Source: Malacoraja senta | Taxonomy: Eukaryota | Reading direction: 5' to 3' | NCBI GenBank assembly: GCA_038087875.1 | Contig: CM075995.1 | Location: forward strand, 10,542,001-10,606,000 | DNA: 64,000 nucleotides | Part shown: in pieces, positions 47,457 through 61,512 of the stretch | Layout of the letters: each line of letters begins with the position of its first letter | How positions within the stretch are numbered: position 1 is the stretch's first letter | Translations under genes and position numbers: made by a program | Notes under the pieces: generated by a model | The model's input: the letters and a program-made list of their open reading frames with translations, nothing else | Told to the model about the DNA's origin: nothing | The model's database searches: none

Positions 47457-50350
47457 GACCCCCTCACATAGTCCTGGCAAAACAGACAGACGTAGGCCGT
47501 CCCCACATCCCACCACTGCCTTAGCGAATGGAAACACCCCTGCCTCTCTCTCCACTTCACCCAGAACTGCCTGAAAGAATCCCAGAATCGGCGATCCTCC
47601 AGCAGTAGGTTATTAAAATGCCAGTTCACGGACCCTGCACTGAGATAAAGTCCACACACACCAGGCAGTGGTCCGAGCACCGCACCGGCTGCATGGAGGC
47701 TGCCGAGAGACAAGAGACATAGGCATTGGAAACGTACAAGCGATCAATATGGGAACCACCACCCTCAAACCTGTACGAGAAAGCACTAGAGTCGGGATAT
47801 AAATTCCGCCACGCATCAACCAGCCATAAAGACTCTACCAGCTCCCTTAATGTCTTCACTGCTGCTGGGTCATGCTGAACACCAGAGCATTCTCTCACCT
47901 CGAGGGTACAATTAAAATCTCCCCCAGGAAAACACACTCCCCACGGTCAATGGTATTTAACAAAATAGTCACCTCCCGGGTTAGGCACGCCATCCAGGTG
48001 CACGGCCAGATACAGCCTGGTACAATTTCCTGCACACTGAGGATCTCCAGCTGGAAAGATGGGGCCAACGGGAAAGCTACTCCACTCAAATTGGAGTTAA
48101 GATGGCTCATGTAGACCTCCCTTTCCCATTCCAGGAGGCAGGTGATTTCATCATTAGCCACAAGGTGTGTTTCCTGCAAGAAGCTCACCGCGTACCTCCC
48201 GTCCCTGAGCACCGAGAGTTCTGGTGAAACCTGCGGAGAGAACCCCTGCCCCCATTGACATTCAGGCTGGCTATAGTGATCTTAGTGAATTTACACTAGA
48301 TCTTTTGCCAGCACCCGATGACGGAGTCGAGCCGCCCCTAGCCTTCTGCCCTCTCTTTAGGGCCTTGCAAAGATCTTGGAACTGGCGCTGCTCATTTTTT
48401 GTTAGACCCGCCTCCTTCCCCTTCTTTTGAAGGATGGCTTAAATGGACTGCATGGGTCCCGTCAGGTCCGACCAGCAGTTTGCAGCCAACTCTGCCTTAA
48501 TCCTACTCCCTCTGGAGTCCTTTAAGAACTTCTGGATTTCCCAGACTTTAACAAGTCAAGGCACGGGGTTGCGGGCAGGGTACTGTTGACATAGTCCGCG
48601 TCACTCTCATCCACGCACACAATGTCCGAGTCTGAGTCCAGATGATTCCTACTCTCAGCTGCCTCGCTCACCCCTCCCTGTGAGATGGGAGTGCCGGCCA
48701 CATCACACGGTCCCTCCTCCGTCACCATCCCACCCCCAGGATCAGCGACAGGAGCAGGTACCGGTACCTCTGACTGCGACAAGCTTCCTGATAAATGGCC
48801 AGTCTCTGTAACCGGATTGGGAACTGAAGTTGGAGGATATCTCCGGGGCTGGCAGTGAGCGAGCCTGTCTGGAGTCCATCTGGAGGTCACAATCCGAAAT
48901 TATCCTGCTCACCTCCGCACCCAGGGTACCCGCCCCAGCACCGTCACCCAGAGAGTCCATGTCCTCCACCACCAGGGGAATCGCCTCTCTGTGGCCCTCA
49001 GGGGCCGATTTTCCTGGATTCTCCCTTATTCCCTCAGCCGGCTGGGCAGCACACACCTCATCTGGGCTTGTTGCCTCAACGGGAGCACAATCTTGGGACC
49101 CACCCCCACCCCCACACTCAAGTCTCCCCCTTCAGGCTGCCCCAGGTCATTTTCTGAGCTAGGGGACGCTTACTCTGGAGGAATAGCCGTATAGAACGGT
49201 AGTGCGGAGGCCATGGCTTCCACAATGGAGTTCACTGTACCACAGCACTCCAGTGGTCCCTGTACTACAGAGGCATCCTCCAGCTTAGAGGAAGCGTGCC
49301 CTGAGTACTCCACCATGACAGGGGGTAAAGGCCCACCTTCAGGTTGCCCCTGTCCGCAATCCATTTCGGAGGACCCATGCCTCCTCCTCTTCCAGCCACT
49401 GGCGTGCTGTGGTACAGTGAACTCCATTGTGGAAGCCATGGCCTCCGCACTACCGTCTACCTGCTCAACCTCTCCAGCTCCCCGTCGGACCTTAGGGTAC
49501 ATGCTTCCCTGGGCTAGGCTCAGAGGTGAGCACGAGTTTATCTACGGGTCTCGCTTGGAGGTGCTTCTACTTTTTCTTAGCTTTCCTCCCCTGCTGACGC
49601 ACCCATCCCTCCCCCTCGTCCGCCCCACGCACTTCACCGGCATCCGCCGTGACCATTACAGGACATGGGGGAGGGGGAAGCCGGGGTGGAGGGGGGGGGG
49701 GTGGGTAAGGGAGCTATTCCAGCCCACTGTGTAGAACTGGCAGCCCCAGATGGCCCAGCAGTGCTTTCCTGGGCCACCGTGGTAGAACTGGCTTCCCGGG
49801 ATCTGGGACAATTCCTGCAAAAATGTCCCACCTCTTTGCAAGCATGACATCGCAATTGGCCCGAGATCCAGAACACACTATAGGAGAAACCATCCAATTC
49901 CACATTGAACCTCCCCTCTGTGTCTGTCCCCTGTGCCATCTGTATATATACGCAGCGCTTAAAAGTATATATATGCCGCAATCTAGGAGCGTCAAACCTG
50001 TACAACAGTTTGGTGAGCCCCGACTGCACCTTCCCTAGCCTGTTTAGATGTGAGGCCAGGAGCTCATCTGAGATAAAAGTGGGAACATTGGACAGAATAA
50101 CCGGCATCACGGGACCCCCCCCCCCTCCCCGCCATGGGTCCACCACCGTGAAATTCCCGCCTGCCCTTACCCCCCTTTCCAGAGCTAGAGCCACCGCCTG
50201 TTCAGTCTTTAGTATACATTCAAACTTCCCACTGACCACCGCGCCTGGGACTATGGCTTCCCTGCCACTAGTCTCACCCAGAGCATCTAGAATGGCCTGG
50301 AAGGACAGGTTGTTCTGCAAATACATTTGTATGCCCCATCAACTCATGGG
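47457..50350 (-). mobile_element. Tx1-like (L1 clade) LINE 5' part: ORF1 with CCHC and decayed APE
   Basis: VILSNVPTFISDE..CHACKEVGHFCRNCP; FLQETH, GGDFNC, SHIDRLY, SDH. Confidence 0.85.
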
Positions 50351-50509
50351 ACTTAGTCTCGGAGTCTTGAATAAAGACACAATATTAGCCACCCTCTGTC
50401 ATCGGGAACTACACCCATGGCGAATAATAAAGCCTTCATCTCAGCCAGGATTCTCACTATGGATTCTCTTCTTCCTACACTGTTCTTGGAGAGACCTCAT
50501 CAAACCCTA

Positions 50510-51995
50510 GAAATTAATCGTACTTCATATGTTTTAAATTCGTCCAGCACGATTTTAGATATAAACTGAGGGATTCTGAGGGATAGGTTATACAGGCATT
50601 TAGACAGGCAAGGGCTGATTAGAGATAGTAAGCATGACAATAGACAATAGACAATAGGTGCAGGAGTAGGCCAATCGGCCCTTCGAGCCAGCATCACCAT
50701 TCAATGTAAACATGGCTGAAGCATGGTTTTGCACATGGGAGGTCATGCCTCACAAATCTGATTGAGGTTTTTGAAGATGTGACAAAAAAGGTCGATGGGG
50801 GCAGAGGTGTAGATGTTGAATGTATGGCCAACAACGCATTCGAGAAGGTTCCGCATGGTACATTGCTCTGGAAGGTTAGATTGCATGGTATCCAAGGAGA
50901 TATAGCTGAATGGATTGAAAATTGGTTTTATGGAATGAAGCAGAGGGTGATGGTGGAAGGTTGCTTCTCAGACTGGAGGACTGTGACGACTGGTGTGCCT
51001 CGGGTTTCGGTGCTGGTCCCGTTACTGTTTTTCTTCTACATCAATGATTTGGATGAGAAAATACAGGGTAAGATTAGCAAGTTTGTTGATTATACAAAAG
51101 TTAGTGGTTTTGCAGATAGTGAAGATGGTTGTGAACGTTTGCAGCAGGATCTGGATCGATTGGCCAGGTAGGCTGAGGAATGGTTTATGCAATCTAATAC
51201 AGAGAAGTGTGAGGTGTTGCATTTTGGGACGTCTAACAAGGACAATGCATACACAGTGAATGGTAGGCCTCTGAGTAGTTTTGTAGAGCAGAGCGATCTA
51301 GAGTGCAGGTGCATGGTTCCTTGAAGGTCGAGTAGCAGGTAGGTAGATAAGGTGGTCAAAAATGCTTTTAGCACATTGGCCTTCATCAGTTAGAATATAG
51401 AGTACAGAAGTTGGGAGGCCATGTTGCAGTTGTATAAGACGTTGGTGATGCCGCATTTAGAATATTGTGTTTATTTCTGGCCACCATGTTATAGGAAATA
51501 TTTTGTCAAGCTTCAAATGGTTCAGATATGATTTACGAGGATGTTGCCAGGACTAGAGGGTGTGAGCTATAGGGAGAAGTTGAGTAGGCTGGGTCTCTAT
51601 TCCTTGGAGCGCAGGAGGATGAGGGGTAATCCTATAGAGTTGTACCAAATCATGAGAGGAATAGATCATGTAGATGCACAGAGTTTCTTGCCCAGAACAG
51701 GGGAATTGAGGACCAGAGCATATAGGTTCAAGTTGAAGGGGAAAGGATTCAATAGGAATCTGAGGGTAACTTTTTCACACAAAGGGTGGTGGGTGTATGG
51801 AACAAGCTGCCAGATGAGGTAGTTGAGGCTGAGACTATCGCAAGAAACAGCTAGACAGGTATATGGATAGAACTAGTTTGGAGGTATGTGGACCAAGCAT
51901 AGGCAGGTGCACTAGTGTAGCTGGGACATGTTGGCCAGTGTGGGCAATTTGGTCCGAAGGGCCAGTTTCCACACTATATCACGCTATAACTATGG
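50510..51995 (+). mobile_element. Decayed CR1 RT and 3' end, with a HER1 tail at 50638-50718 (-)
   Basis: AFEKVPHG, INDLD, SLERRRMRG. AAGCATG flanks the nested piece on both sides. Confidence 0.88.
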
Positions 51996-52178
51996 CTTTA
52001 TCCCTAAGGGATCGCCATTACCTTTCCCTATTTTCCTATTCTTTATATAGAAACAAAGAATTGCAGGTACTGGTTTATTCTAGAGATAAACACTAAGTAC
52101 TGGAGTAACTCGGGCAGCATCTCAGATCTTTGGAGTCTGAAGAAGGGTCCCAATCTGAAATATTTATTACTCCAAAAC

Positions 52179-54926
52179 TTTTTTTTAATTTTCTTTTTTA
52201 ATTTTTTTTTATTTATTAGAGGTACATTACATTACAACCACATACATTAGTACTCATCACTTATGTCTTCTTACAATTAATGTACTCCATTTATTTTTTA
52301 CACTAGAAAAGGAAAAGATTGAAAGAAAGAAGAAAGTGAAGGAAAAAGTGAGAGTGTAGAAAATGTGACAACAAAAAAGGACAAAGACCCTATAAGAACA
52401 AATGGGACATACCAACTCTTCAACTATCATCCCCCCTTACCTGACCTCAATTTTGTTTTTAAAGGTACCTTTGCACCCTATATTTGTAATAATTCTATAA
52501 ATGCAGACCACATCAGGTGGAAGTGATCTGGTTTACCTGCTAGGAGGAGTCTTATCTCTTCTAGGTGTAATGTTTCGAAATCCACATTTGAAATCCACAT
52601 GTTTATAGTTGGTATTGGAGCCTTCTTCCAAAATTTTAGAATTAGCTTTTTTCCAGTTATTAACCCATAGTCTATTAGTTTCTTTTGAAACACATTTAGT
52701 TCTGGACCATCTTCCGTTATTCCGAAGATAATCCATTCTGCTTTTGGTATCAGTCTTATTTTAAATAACTTTGTAAAGATTTCGAAAATTTCATTCCAAA
52801 ATTTTTGAATTTTTGTACAGAAAACGAATGAGTGCGCTATAGTAGCTTCTTGGGATTGACATTTATCACAAATAGATGATACATTTGGGAAAATTTTATG
52901 AATTTTGGTTTTCGAATAATATAATCTATGTAAAATTTTAAATTGTATTAAAGTGTGTCTTACATTAATCAAACATTTATGCACTTTTAATAAGTGTTCA
53001 TTCCAACTTTCCTTTGAAATTTTAATAGCTAACTCTTTTTTTTTTTTTTTTTTTTTTGGAAAATATTTTTTATTGGAGAAAAGTACACAACCTATTAACA
53101 TCATTACAGTCTTACATTTTTAAATTGATAATATTATCAATTATTATTACATTGTCTCCAATACCTTTTGCCTTGTTTTTAAAAACTAGATAGAACTAAA
53201 AAGATAGATGAAGTAAAGAAAGAAAAGAGAGAGAAGAAAAAGAGAGGAAAAAAAAGAAGGGTAAAAAAAAGAAAAAAAAAAGAGAAAGATAGTTAAAGAA
53301 GAATGGAAAAATGTATTAAAATAAAAAACTTCATTCGAAATATATTCGTACATTTCAGAGTATAGCATTTCATCCATTCTTTAGCCCGAGTATTAGTCAG
53401 GTTCCTGTGCTGAACCATTCTGACCCTTTAAATAATCAATAAAGGGAGACCATGTTCCAACGAATAATTCCTGTTTGTCCAACAGGGAAAATCGGATTCT
53501 TTCCACGTTTAAGGTCTCCGTCATTTCTATAATCCACATTTTGATTGTGGGGGACGTAGGGCCTTTCCAAATAGCTAACTCTTGTTCCCCAGTCTCTTCT
53601 GATACCCTCCGTAGATGGTATTTGTACATTTAAGATAATATTATACAAATATGATATTAAGTTTGCTGATTCAGCTTTTATCTGCATTGCCTCATCCAAT
53701 ACATCTGCTGGGTTATTATAATGATCTTTTGTATATTTTTCAAATAGTCGCATATTTGAAAATATTTAAAATATTGATTATTTCCGAGTTTATATTTTAT
53801 TTGTAATTGTTGAAATGAAAGTAATTTTCCAGTTTCATACAAGTCACCGAGCGTTTTAATTCCTAGTCTATCCCAATGTGTAATTTGGTAAGTATATAGG
53901 AATCGATTGAAATAGGTAAAAAATTTGTGTAGAAAGATCATTTTTATTGCATTTATTCGGCCTATTAAAGACATCGGGAGCGTTTTCCATAATTTAATTA
54001 GTGTTTTAATTATTAAGTAGGGGATCAAAATTTGCCTTAAACATACCTTGATATGTTCTAGTAATTTCGATTCCCAAGTATTTAAATTTTTCTGTAGCTA
54101 TTTTAAAAGGGAATTTAAAAGATGTTGAATCTTTCGGTTTTATTGACATAATTTCACTTTTATTCCAATTTATTCTATATCCAGAAAAAGATTCCAAAGT
54201 CTTCAATTAAATTTAATATATTGGTATAGTGATTTGAGCTTTTGTAATGTACAGTAATATATCATCCGCGTATAAAGATATTTTATTATATGAGTCTTTA
54301 GTATTATATCCATGGATATCAGGGTGTATTCTAATTTTTCCTGCTAGCGGTTCAATAATGAGAGCAAACAGCTGTGGTGATAATGAGCATCCTTGTCTAT
54401 TTCCCTGTGATAGTTGGAATTTCGAGGATAATATGTTATTAGTTAGTATTCTAGCTGTAGGTTTATTATATAGTAACTTGATCCATAGAATAAAATTCTC
54501 TCCCAGTTGGAATTTTTCTAATACTTTATCCATATAATTCCATTCTACTTGATCAAATGCTTTTTCAGCATCCAGCGAAATAGTTGATAATTCTTGATCT
54601 TTAGATTTGTGTGAGTGCATTATGTTGAGTAGACGTCTCATATTGTTAGATGAGTATCTCTTAGGGATAAACCCCGTCTGATCTTGGGTTTATTAATTTA
54701 CTAATGTATTTACCTAATCTTCTAGCTAATGTTTTCGCTAATATTTTTTGAACTGTGTTTAACAATGCTATAGCTCTATATGAACCCGGTTCTTCTAAAT
54801 CTTTGTTTTTCTTAGGTATTAGTGTAATCGTTGATTCCGCTAATGTATCAGGTAGTATTCGTTTTTTAAAAGCATATTGGTACATTTTTTGTAATCTTGG
54901 TATTATTTTATCATAAAAGCTTTATT
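52179..54926 (-). mobile_element. 5'-truncated L1 with a nested L1 3' fragment (53038-53569)
   Basis: Outer TSD TTACTCCAAAAC (52167-52178 / 54927-54938). Inner TSD AATAGCTAACTCTT (53024-53037 / 53570-53583). LDAEKAFD, LYADD. Confidence 0.92.
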
Positions 54927-54939
54927 TTACTCCAAAACC

Positions 54940-57900
54940 TTAAGAGAGGAAATGTTATGGTGGTCATGGGGATTTCAATATGCAGATAGACTGGGAACAT
55001 CTGTGTCCCCAAGAGAGGGAATTTGTGGACTGACCATTAGATGGTTTCTTAGAGCTGCTTGCAGGCTAGCCTCCCAGGGAAAAGGCAATTATGGATTTGG
55101 TATTGTATCAATATATAATTCGATAGCTTAGGTAAAGGAACCACTAGGAGGCAATAATAAGACATAATTGTATGTTTTCCTGGTATTTGAGAGGAAGAAG
55201 ATTAGTGTAGCTGTTCCTGTTGAGCAAATGTGACTACAGAGGCATGAGGGAGAAAACCTTTCGGATATTTGGCTTTTAGGCGTCGTGCCCATTCGGTTAT
55301 TTGGCTTTTAGGCATTGTGTCCTTTCCGTTATTTGGCTTTTAGTTTCGTGTCCGTTCAGTTATTTGTTTTTTCAGCGTCGTGCCCTTTCAGTTATTTGGC
55401 TTTTAGGCGTTGTGTCCGTTGGGTTCCTCTTCTTCGCTTCAGCTTCTCGTCCATACACGTCCCGTCCGGGTACCGGCAGATGCAGTTTAATGCGGATAAA
55501 TGTGAGGTTATCCACTTTGGTAGCAAATACAGGAAGGCAGATTATTATCTAAATGGTATCAAGTTGGGAAAAGGGGATCTGGGGGTCCTTGTTCATCAGT
55601 CAATTTAAATATGCATGCAGGTACAGCAGGCAATAAAGAAAGCTAATGGCATGTTGGCCTTCATAACAAGAGGAGTTGAGTATAGGAGCAAAGATGTCTT
55701 TCTGCAGTTGCACACGGCGCTAGTGAGACAACACCTCGAATATTGTGTGCAGTTTTGGTTTCCAAATTTGAGGAAGGACATTAGTGCTATTGAGGGAGTG
55801 CAGCATAGGTTCACTAGGTTAATTCCCGGAATGGTGGGATTTTCATATGTTGAGAGAATGGACGGCTGGGCTTGTACACTCTGGAATTTAGAAGGATGAG
55901 AGGGTATCTTATTGAAACATATGAGATTATTAAGGCTCTAGAAATAGTGGACGCATTGGTGATCATTTTCCAATGTTCAATAGATTCAGGATCAGTTCCT
56001 GTGGATTGGAGGATAGCTAATGTTATCCCACTTTTCGAGAAAGGAGCGAGAGAGAGAAAACGGGTAATGACAGACCAGTTAGCCTGACATCGGTGGTGGG
56101 AAAGGCTGGTCAATTATTAAAGAGGTAATAATGGGGCATTTGTATAGCAGTAAAAGGATTAGTCCTAGTCAGCATGGATTTATGAAAGGAAAATCATGCT
56201 TGACTAATCTTCTGGAATTTTTTGAGGATGTGACAAGTAAAATGGATGAAGGGGAGCCAGTGGATGTAGTGTATCTAGACTTTCAGAAAGCCTTTGATAA
56301 GGTCCCGCACGGGAGACTGGTGACTAAAATTAGAGCACATGGTATTGAGGGTAGGGTGTTGACATGGATAGAAAATTGGTTGGCAGAGAGGAAGAAAGAG
56401 TAGGAGTGCACGGGTCCTTTTCAGAATGGAAGGCAGTGGCGAGTGGAGTGCCGCAAGGCCCGGTGTTGGGACCGCAACTGTTTACCATATATATTAATGA
56501 TTTGGAAGAGGGAATTAGGAGCAACACTAGCAAGTTAGCGGATGACACAACACTGGGTGGCAAGGTGAACTGTGAAGAGGATGTTAGGAGGTTGCAGGGT
56601 GACATGGACAGGTTAATTGAGAGGGCAGATGCGTGGCAGATGCAGAATAATATAGATAAATGTGAGGTTATCAACTTTGGTGGCAAAAACAAGGGGGCAG
56701 ATTATTATCGCAATGGGGTTAGGTTAGATAAGGGGGAGGTACAGCGAGACCTGGATGTCCTTTTACACGGATCACTGAAAGTTGGCGTGCAGGTACAGCA
56801 GGAAGTGAAGAAAGCTAATGGAATGTTGGCCTTCATAACAAGAGGATTTCAGTATAGGAGTAGAGAGGTTCTTCTGCAGTTGTATAGGGCTCTGGTAAGA
56901 CCACATCTGGAGTATTGTGTACAGTTTTGGTCTCCGAATTTGAGGAAGGACATCCTTGTGATTGAGGCCGTGCAGCGTAGGTTCACGAGATTGATCCCTG
57001 GGATGGCGGAACTGTCATATGAGGAAAGGTTGAAAAGGCTAGGCTTGTATTCACTGGAGTTTAGAAGGATGAGGGGAGATCTTATAGAAACATTTAAAAT
57101 TATAAAAGGATTGGATAAGCTAGACGCAGGAAATATGTTCCCAATGTTGGGCGAGTCCAGAACCAGGGGCCACAGTCTTAGAATAAAGGGGAGGCCATTT
57201 AGGACTGAGGTGAGAAAAAACGTTTCCACCCAGAGAGTTGTGAATTTGTGGAATTCCCTGCCATAGAGGGCAGTGGAAGCCAAATCACTGGATGGATTTA
57301 AGAGTGTTAGATAGAGCTCTAGGGGCTAGTGGAATCAAGGGATATGGGGAGAAGGCAGGCACGGGTTATTGATTGGGGACGATCAGCCATGATCACGATA
57401 AATGGCGGTGCTGACTCTGAAGGGCCAAATGGCCTCCTCCTGCATCTATTTTCTAAGGGTTTCGACATGCTAGAGGCAGGAAACATGTTCCTGATATTTG
57501 GGGAGTCCAGAACCAGGGGCCACTGTTTAGGAATAAGGGGTAAGCCATTTAGAACGGATATGAGGAAATACTTTTTCACACAGACAGTTGTGATTCTGTG
57601 GAATTCAGAGGGCGGTGGAGGCCGGTTCCCTGGATACTTTCAAGAGAGACCTAGATAGGGCTCTTAAAGATATATCGGAGTCAGGGGATATGGGAAGAAG
57701 GCAGGAAAGGGGTACTGACTAGTGATGATCAGCCATGATCACATTGAGTGGCACGAAGGGCCGAATGGCCTACTCCTGCACCTATTGTCTATTGTCTATT
57801 GAGTTGCAAATCTGTGGAATTCTCTGCCACAGAAGCCAGTGGTGCCAATTCACTGGGTGTTTTCAAGAGGGTGTTAGGTTTAGTTCTTAGTTCTAAAGGA

Positions 57901-58297
57901 ATCCATGGATATGGGGAAAAAGCAGGAACGGTAATAATTTTAGATAATCAGATATCATATTGAATGGCGGTGCTGGCTCGAAGAACTGCACCTATTTTTC
58001 AATGTTTCTATGTTTCTAAAAGATGAAATCTGTAAGAAAGCTAGCCAATTATATAAAAGAGGATAATAAAAGTTTCTTCAGATATAAAAAGAGTAAAAAA
58101 GAGGCAAGAGTGGAAGTTGGATCACTGGAAAATGATGCCGCAGGAGAGATGTCAGATGAATTAAATACGTTTTTTGCATCAGTCTTCGCTGTCTCTTCAC
58201 ACCAACAACTCAAGAGAGTCAGGGGGTGGAAGTTAGTGGAGTGGTTATCACAAAGAAGAATGTGCTTGGGACACTGAAAGGCAGAAGGTGGATAAGG
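54940..58297 (+). mobile_element. Mosaic of several CR1/HER1 fragments
   Basis: MGDFN APE piece, RT pieces incl. ORF 56364-57266, stacked 3' ends (57300-58017). Confidence 0.85.
55258..55420. repeat. ~32-bp minisatellite, 5 copies
   Basis: Variants of TCGGTTATTTGGCTTTTAGGCGTCGTGCCCTT. Confidence 0.85.
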
Positions 58298-58522
58298 TAG
58301 ACAAAAATGCTGGAGAAACTCAGCGGGTGAGGCAGCGTCTATGTAGCGAAGGAAATAGGCAACGATTCGGGTCGTAACCCTTCTTCAGACTGATGTGAGG
58401 GTGGGGGGGCAGGAGGAAGAAAGGAAGAGGTGGAGCCAGAGGGCTGAGGGAGAGCTGCGAAGGGGAGGAGAAAGTAAAGACTGAAATTAGTGAAGTCAAT
58501 GTTCATAACGCTGGGGTGCAAA
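58296..58522 (-). mobile_element. Penelope-like 3' end with hammerhead core
   Basis: Minus CAGTCTGAAGAAGGGTTACGACCCGAATCGTTGCC. GMNIDF-like ORF end. Confidence 0.8.
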
Positions 58523-59113
58523 CTGAGTAGTTTTGTAGAGCAGAGGTATCTAGAGTGCAGGTGCATGGTTCCTTGAAGGTCGAGTAGCAGGTAGATAAGG
58601 TGGTCAAAAATGCTTTTAGCACATTGGCCTTCATCAGTCAGAATATAGAGTACAGAAGTTGGGAGGTCATTTTGCAGTTGTATAAGACGTTGGTGAGACC
58701 GCATTTAGAATATTGTGTTTATTTCTGGCCACCGTGTTATAGGAAATATTTTGTCAAGCTTGAAATGGTTCGGATATGATTTACGAGGATGTTGCCAGGA
58801 CTAGAGGGTGTGAGCTATAGGGAGAAGTTGAGTAGGCTGGGTCTCTATTCCTTGGAGCGCAGGAGGATGAGGGGTAATCCTATAGAGTTGTACCAAATCA
58901 TGAGAGGAATAGATCGGGTAGGTGCACAGAGTTTCTTGCCCAGAACAGGGGAATTGAGGACCAGAGCATATAGGTTCAAGGTGAAGGGGAAAGGATTTAA
59001 TATGAATCTGAGGGTAACTTTTTCACACAAAGGGTGGTGGGTGTATGGAACAAGCTGCCAGATGAGGTAGTTGAGGCTGAGACTATCGCAAGAAACAGCT
59101 AGACAGGTATATG
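58522..59113 (+). mobile_element. CR1 fragment, near copy of 51271-51863
   Basis: Shares stops and deletions with 51271-51863. Confidence 0.88.
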
Positions 59114-59844
59114 TATCTGTTACGACTCCCCGAAAGCAGGCAATCCAGAGCCGCGTAACACAGTTTAAAAGCCAAGTTTAAGTTCAAAAATAGTTTAATT
59201 ATTTAATAACACACCAAAACTCCAACCTGATTTAAACAACCCAGACATGCATATGAATGAATGAACAAACAACTTAAAATTGCTCAGGCCAGCCACGCGA
59301 TGGACCGTCGAACCTGAGGCTCTAAACCTGCCTAAAAGAAAGCTATACCTGAAACAAAAGACCGAAAACCTCTAAGGACAGCCTAATCCAATATTTGGTA
59401 CTACGTAATGTTGAAATTACATGAAGTTCAGTGCCATGTGGCTAGGCCTTCCACAGCTCACACCAGCATGGGCTCACGAGGCAGGGTCGTCATCGAGAGA
59501 GAGAGGATTCTGGGAACTCTGCTATTTATACTTCAGATGAGTCACCCATCACCTGACGCAGCTTGGCCAATCGGGCACAGGAGCCTTTTAGCCTGCACTC
59601 GGGAAAGAAGCAGAGAAAGGTTAATACATAACATTGACCAGGAGGAGGAGCGCGTCACACCCCCACCCAAAGATACTGAATAAGTTTCGGAAGAAGAGAG
59701 AAAAAACACCACCAAATCCACGAAACTATTCAGGAGCTAAACTCCACTGGCGCGACAAGGCGTCAGCCAAGACATTATATTATTTTAAAAAACCAACGGA
59801 TTATGATCCGTGAGTACGATGACAGGGATATTCGAGGAGCCAAC

Positions 59845-61380
59845 TTAAACCTCGAAACGACTCAGAGACATCAACATAGCAAGGGCCTCTTTCTCAATGG
59901 TGGAGTACCACTTCTGATGTCGATTAAACTTCTTAGAGAAGTACGAAACTGGATGCTCCACCCCATCTGAATCATCGTGTAGAAGAACTCCCCCAACCCC
60001 ACGATCACTAGCATCCACTGCCAGCTTAAATGGAAGCTCAAAATCAGGTGCCGCAAGCACAGGTGCGCGCACCAGAAGACTTTTAGTATGAGCAAAGGCT
60101 TGTTGACACTCTGCGGACCACACAAAAGCTACCTTTGGACTCAGCAAATCCGTCAAAGGGGCAGCCACCGCAGAGAAGTTTGGACAGAATCCCCTATAGT
60201 ACCCAACCATAGCCAGATACCTACGGAGTTCAGTCCTCGAGGTTGGAGCAGGAAATGCGACAATATGCTCCACCTTTTCCTTGAGAGTGCGAACCTGACC
60301 CCGGCCCACCACCTTACCCAGATACGTTACCGTGGCCTGGCCAACTTCACACTTCCCCAGATTGATAGTTAGCTTTGCCTCCGCTAGATGATGAAATACC
60401 TCCTTCAGATGACCGATGTGTTCGATCCACGACCTGGAGCACACAACCAAATCATCAAGGCATGCCTCACAGAAGGTCAAACCAGACAATACAATGTTCA
60501 CCAACCGTTGGAAGGTTGCCGGCGCATTGCGCATCCCAAATGCCATTAATCTGTACTGCAGAAAGTTATCAGGCGTAACGAACGCAAAGATCTCCCTCGC
60601 CCGCCCAGTCAAGGGAACTTGCCAATACCCTTTCAACAAGTCCAATTTGGACACAAACGATGCACTTCCCACACGATCCACGCAATCCTCCGTTCGTGGG
60701 AGAGGATAGCAATCTGGCTTAGTTACACCGTTTACTTTCCGAAAGTCCGTGCAAAACCTGTCCTCCCCATTAGCCTTCATAGCCAGTAGACACGGAGAAC
60801 TCCACGGACTACAACTAGGTTCAGCAATGTTATGCTGCAGCATATAGTCAACCTGACGTCCTAGACGATGACGCTTGTCAGGGTTGACCCGATACGGATG
60901 CTGTTTAATTGGTGCAGCACCGGCCACGTCAATGTCATGCTGCAGCACAGACGTCTGAGAAAGCACATTCGAGAACAGTGACCCATTGGACTCCACCAAA
61001 TCAAGCAGATCACCGCGCTGACTTTCAGTCAAATGCGCCAGCCGCAAGGGAAGCGACTCCAAAGCCTCAGAGTTACACAGCCTTCCCTGCGTCACTGTCA
61101 CCGACAACCGTGTCTCACCCACATCACCACCCGTGTCAGGGGGCAGCACCACCGCAGCCAAAACAGGCTTAGAGGAAATCGAAGGACACAGCACCTCCCC
61201 ATCCACCTCCACAGGCTCCTGCTCATGGTACTGCTTCATCATGTTGACATGACAGAGCTGAGTCTTTCGCCTTCGATCAGGGGTACCTATAACATAATCC
61301 CTTTCACCAACCTTCTTAACCACCTGATAGGGACCGCTATACCGAGCCTGCAGACTCGAACCAGGAATAGGCAACAACAC
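59845..61380 (-). pseudogene. IN GPY/F tail, RT and partial RNase H (511-aa frame)
   Basis: YSGPYQV; RFCTDFRKVN, LDLLKGYWQ, AFGMRNAP, CLDD (YxDD mutated); VDAS, YSTIEKE. Confidence 0.88.
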
Positions 61381-61512
61381 CAGGACCCTGACCCTGGAGA
61401 AAAATTCCTACTAGAAGCCTTCCTGTCGAACCACCCCTTCATCCTAGACTGAGCAGAAGCAAGATTACCCATTACCTGACCAAAAACCTTCGACATGAAG
61501 TTGGAACCTTGG

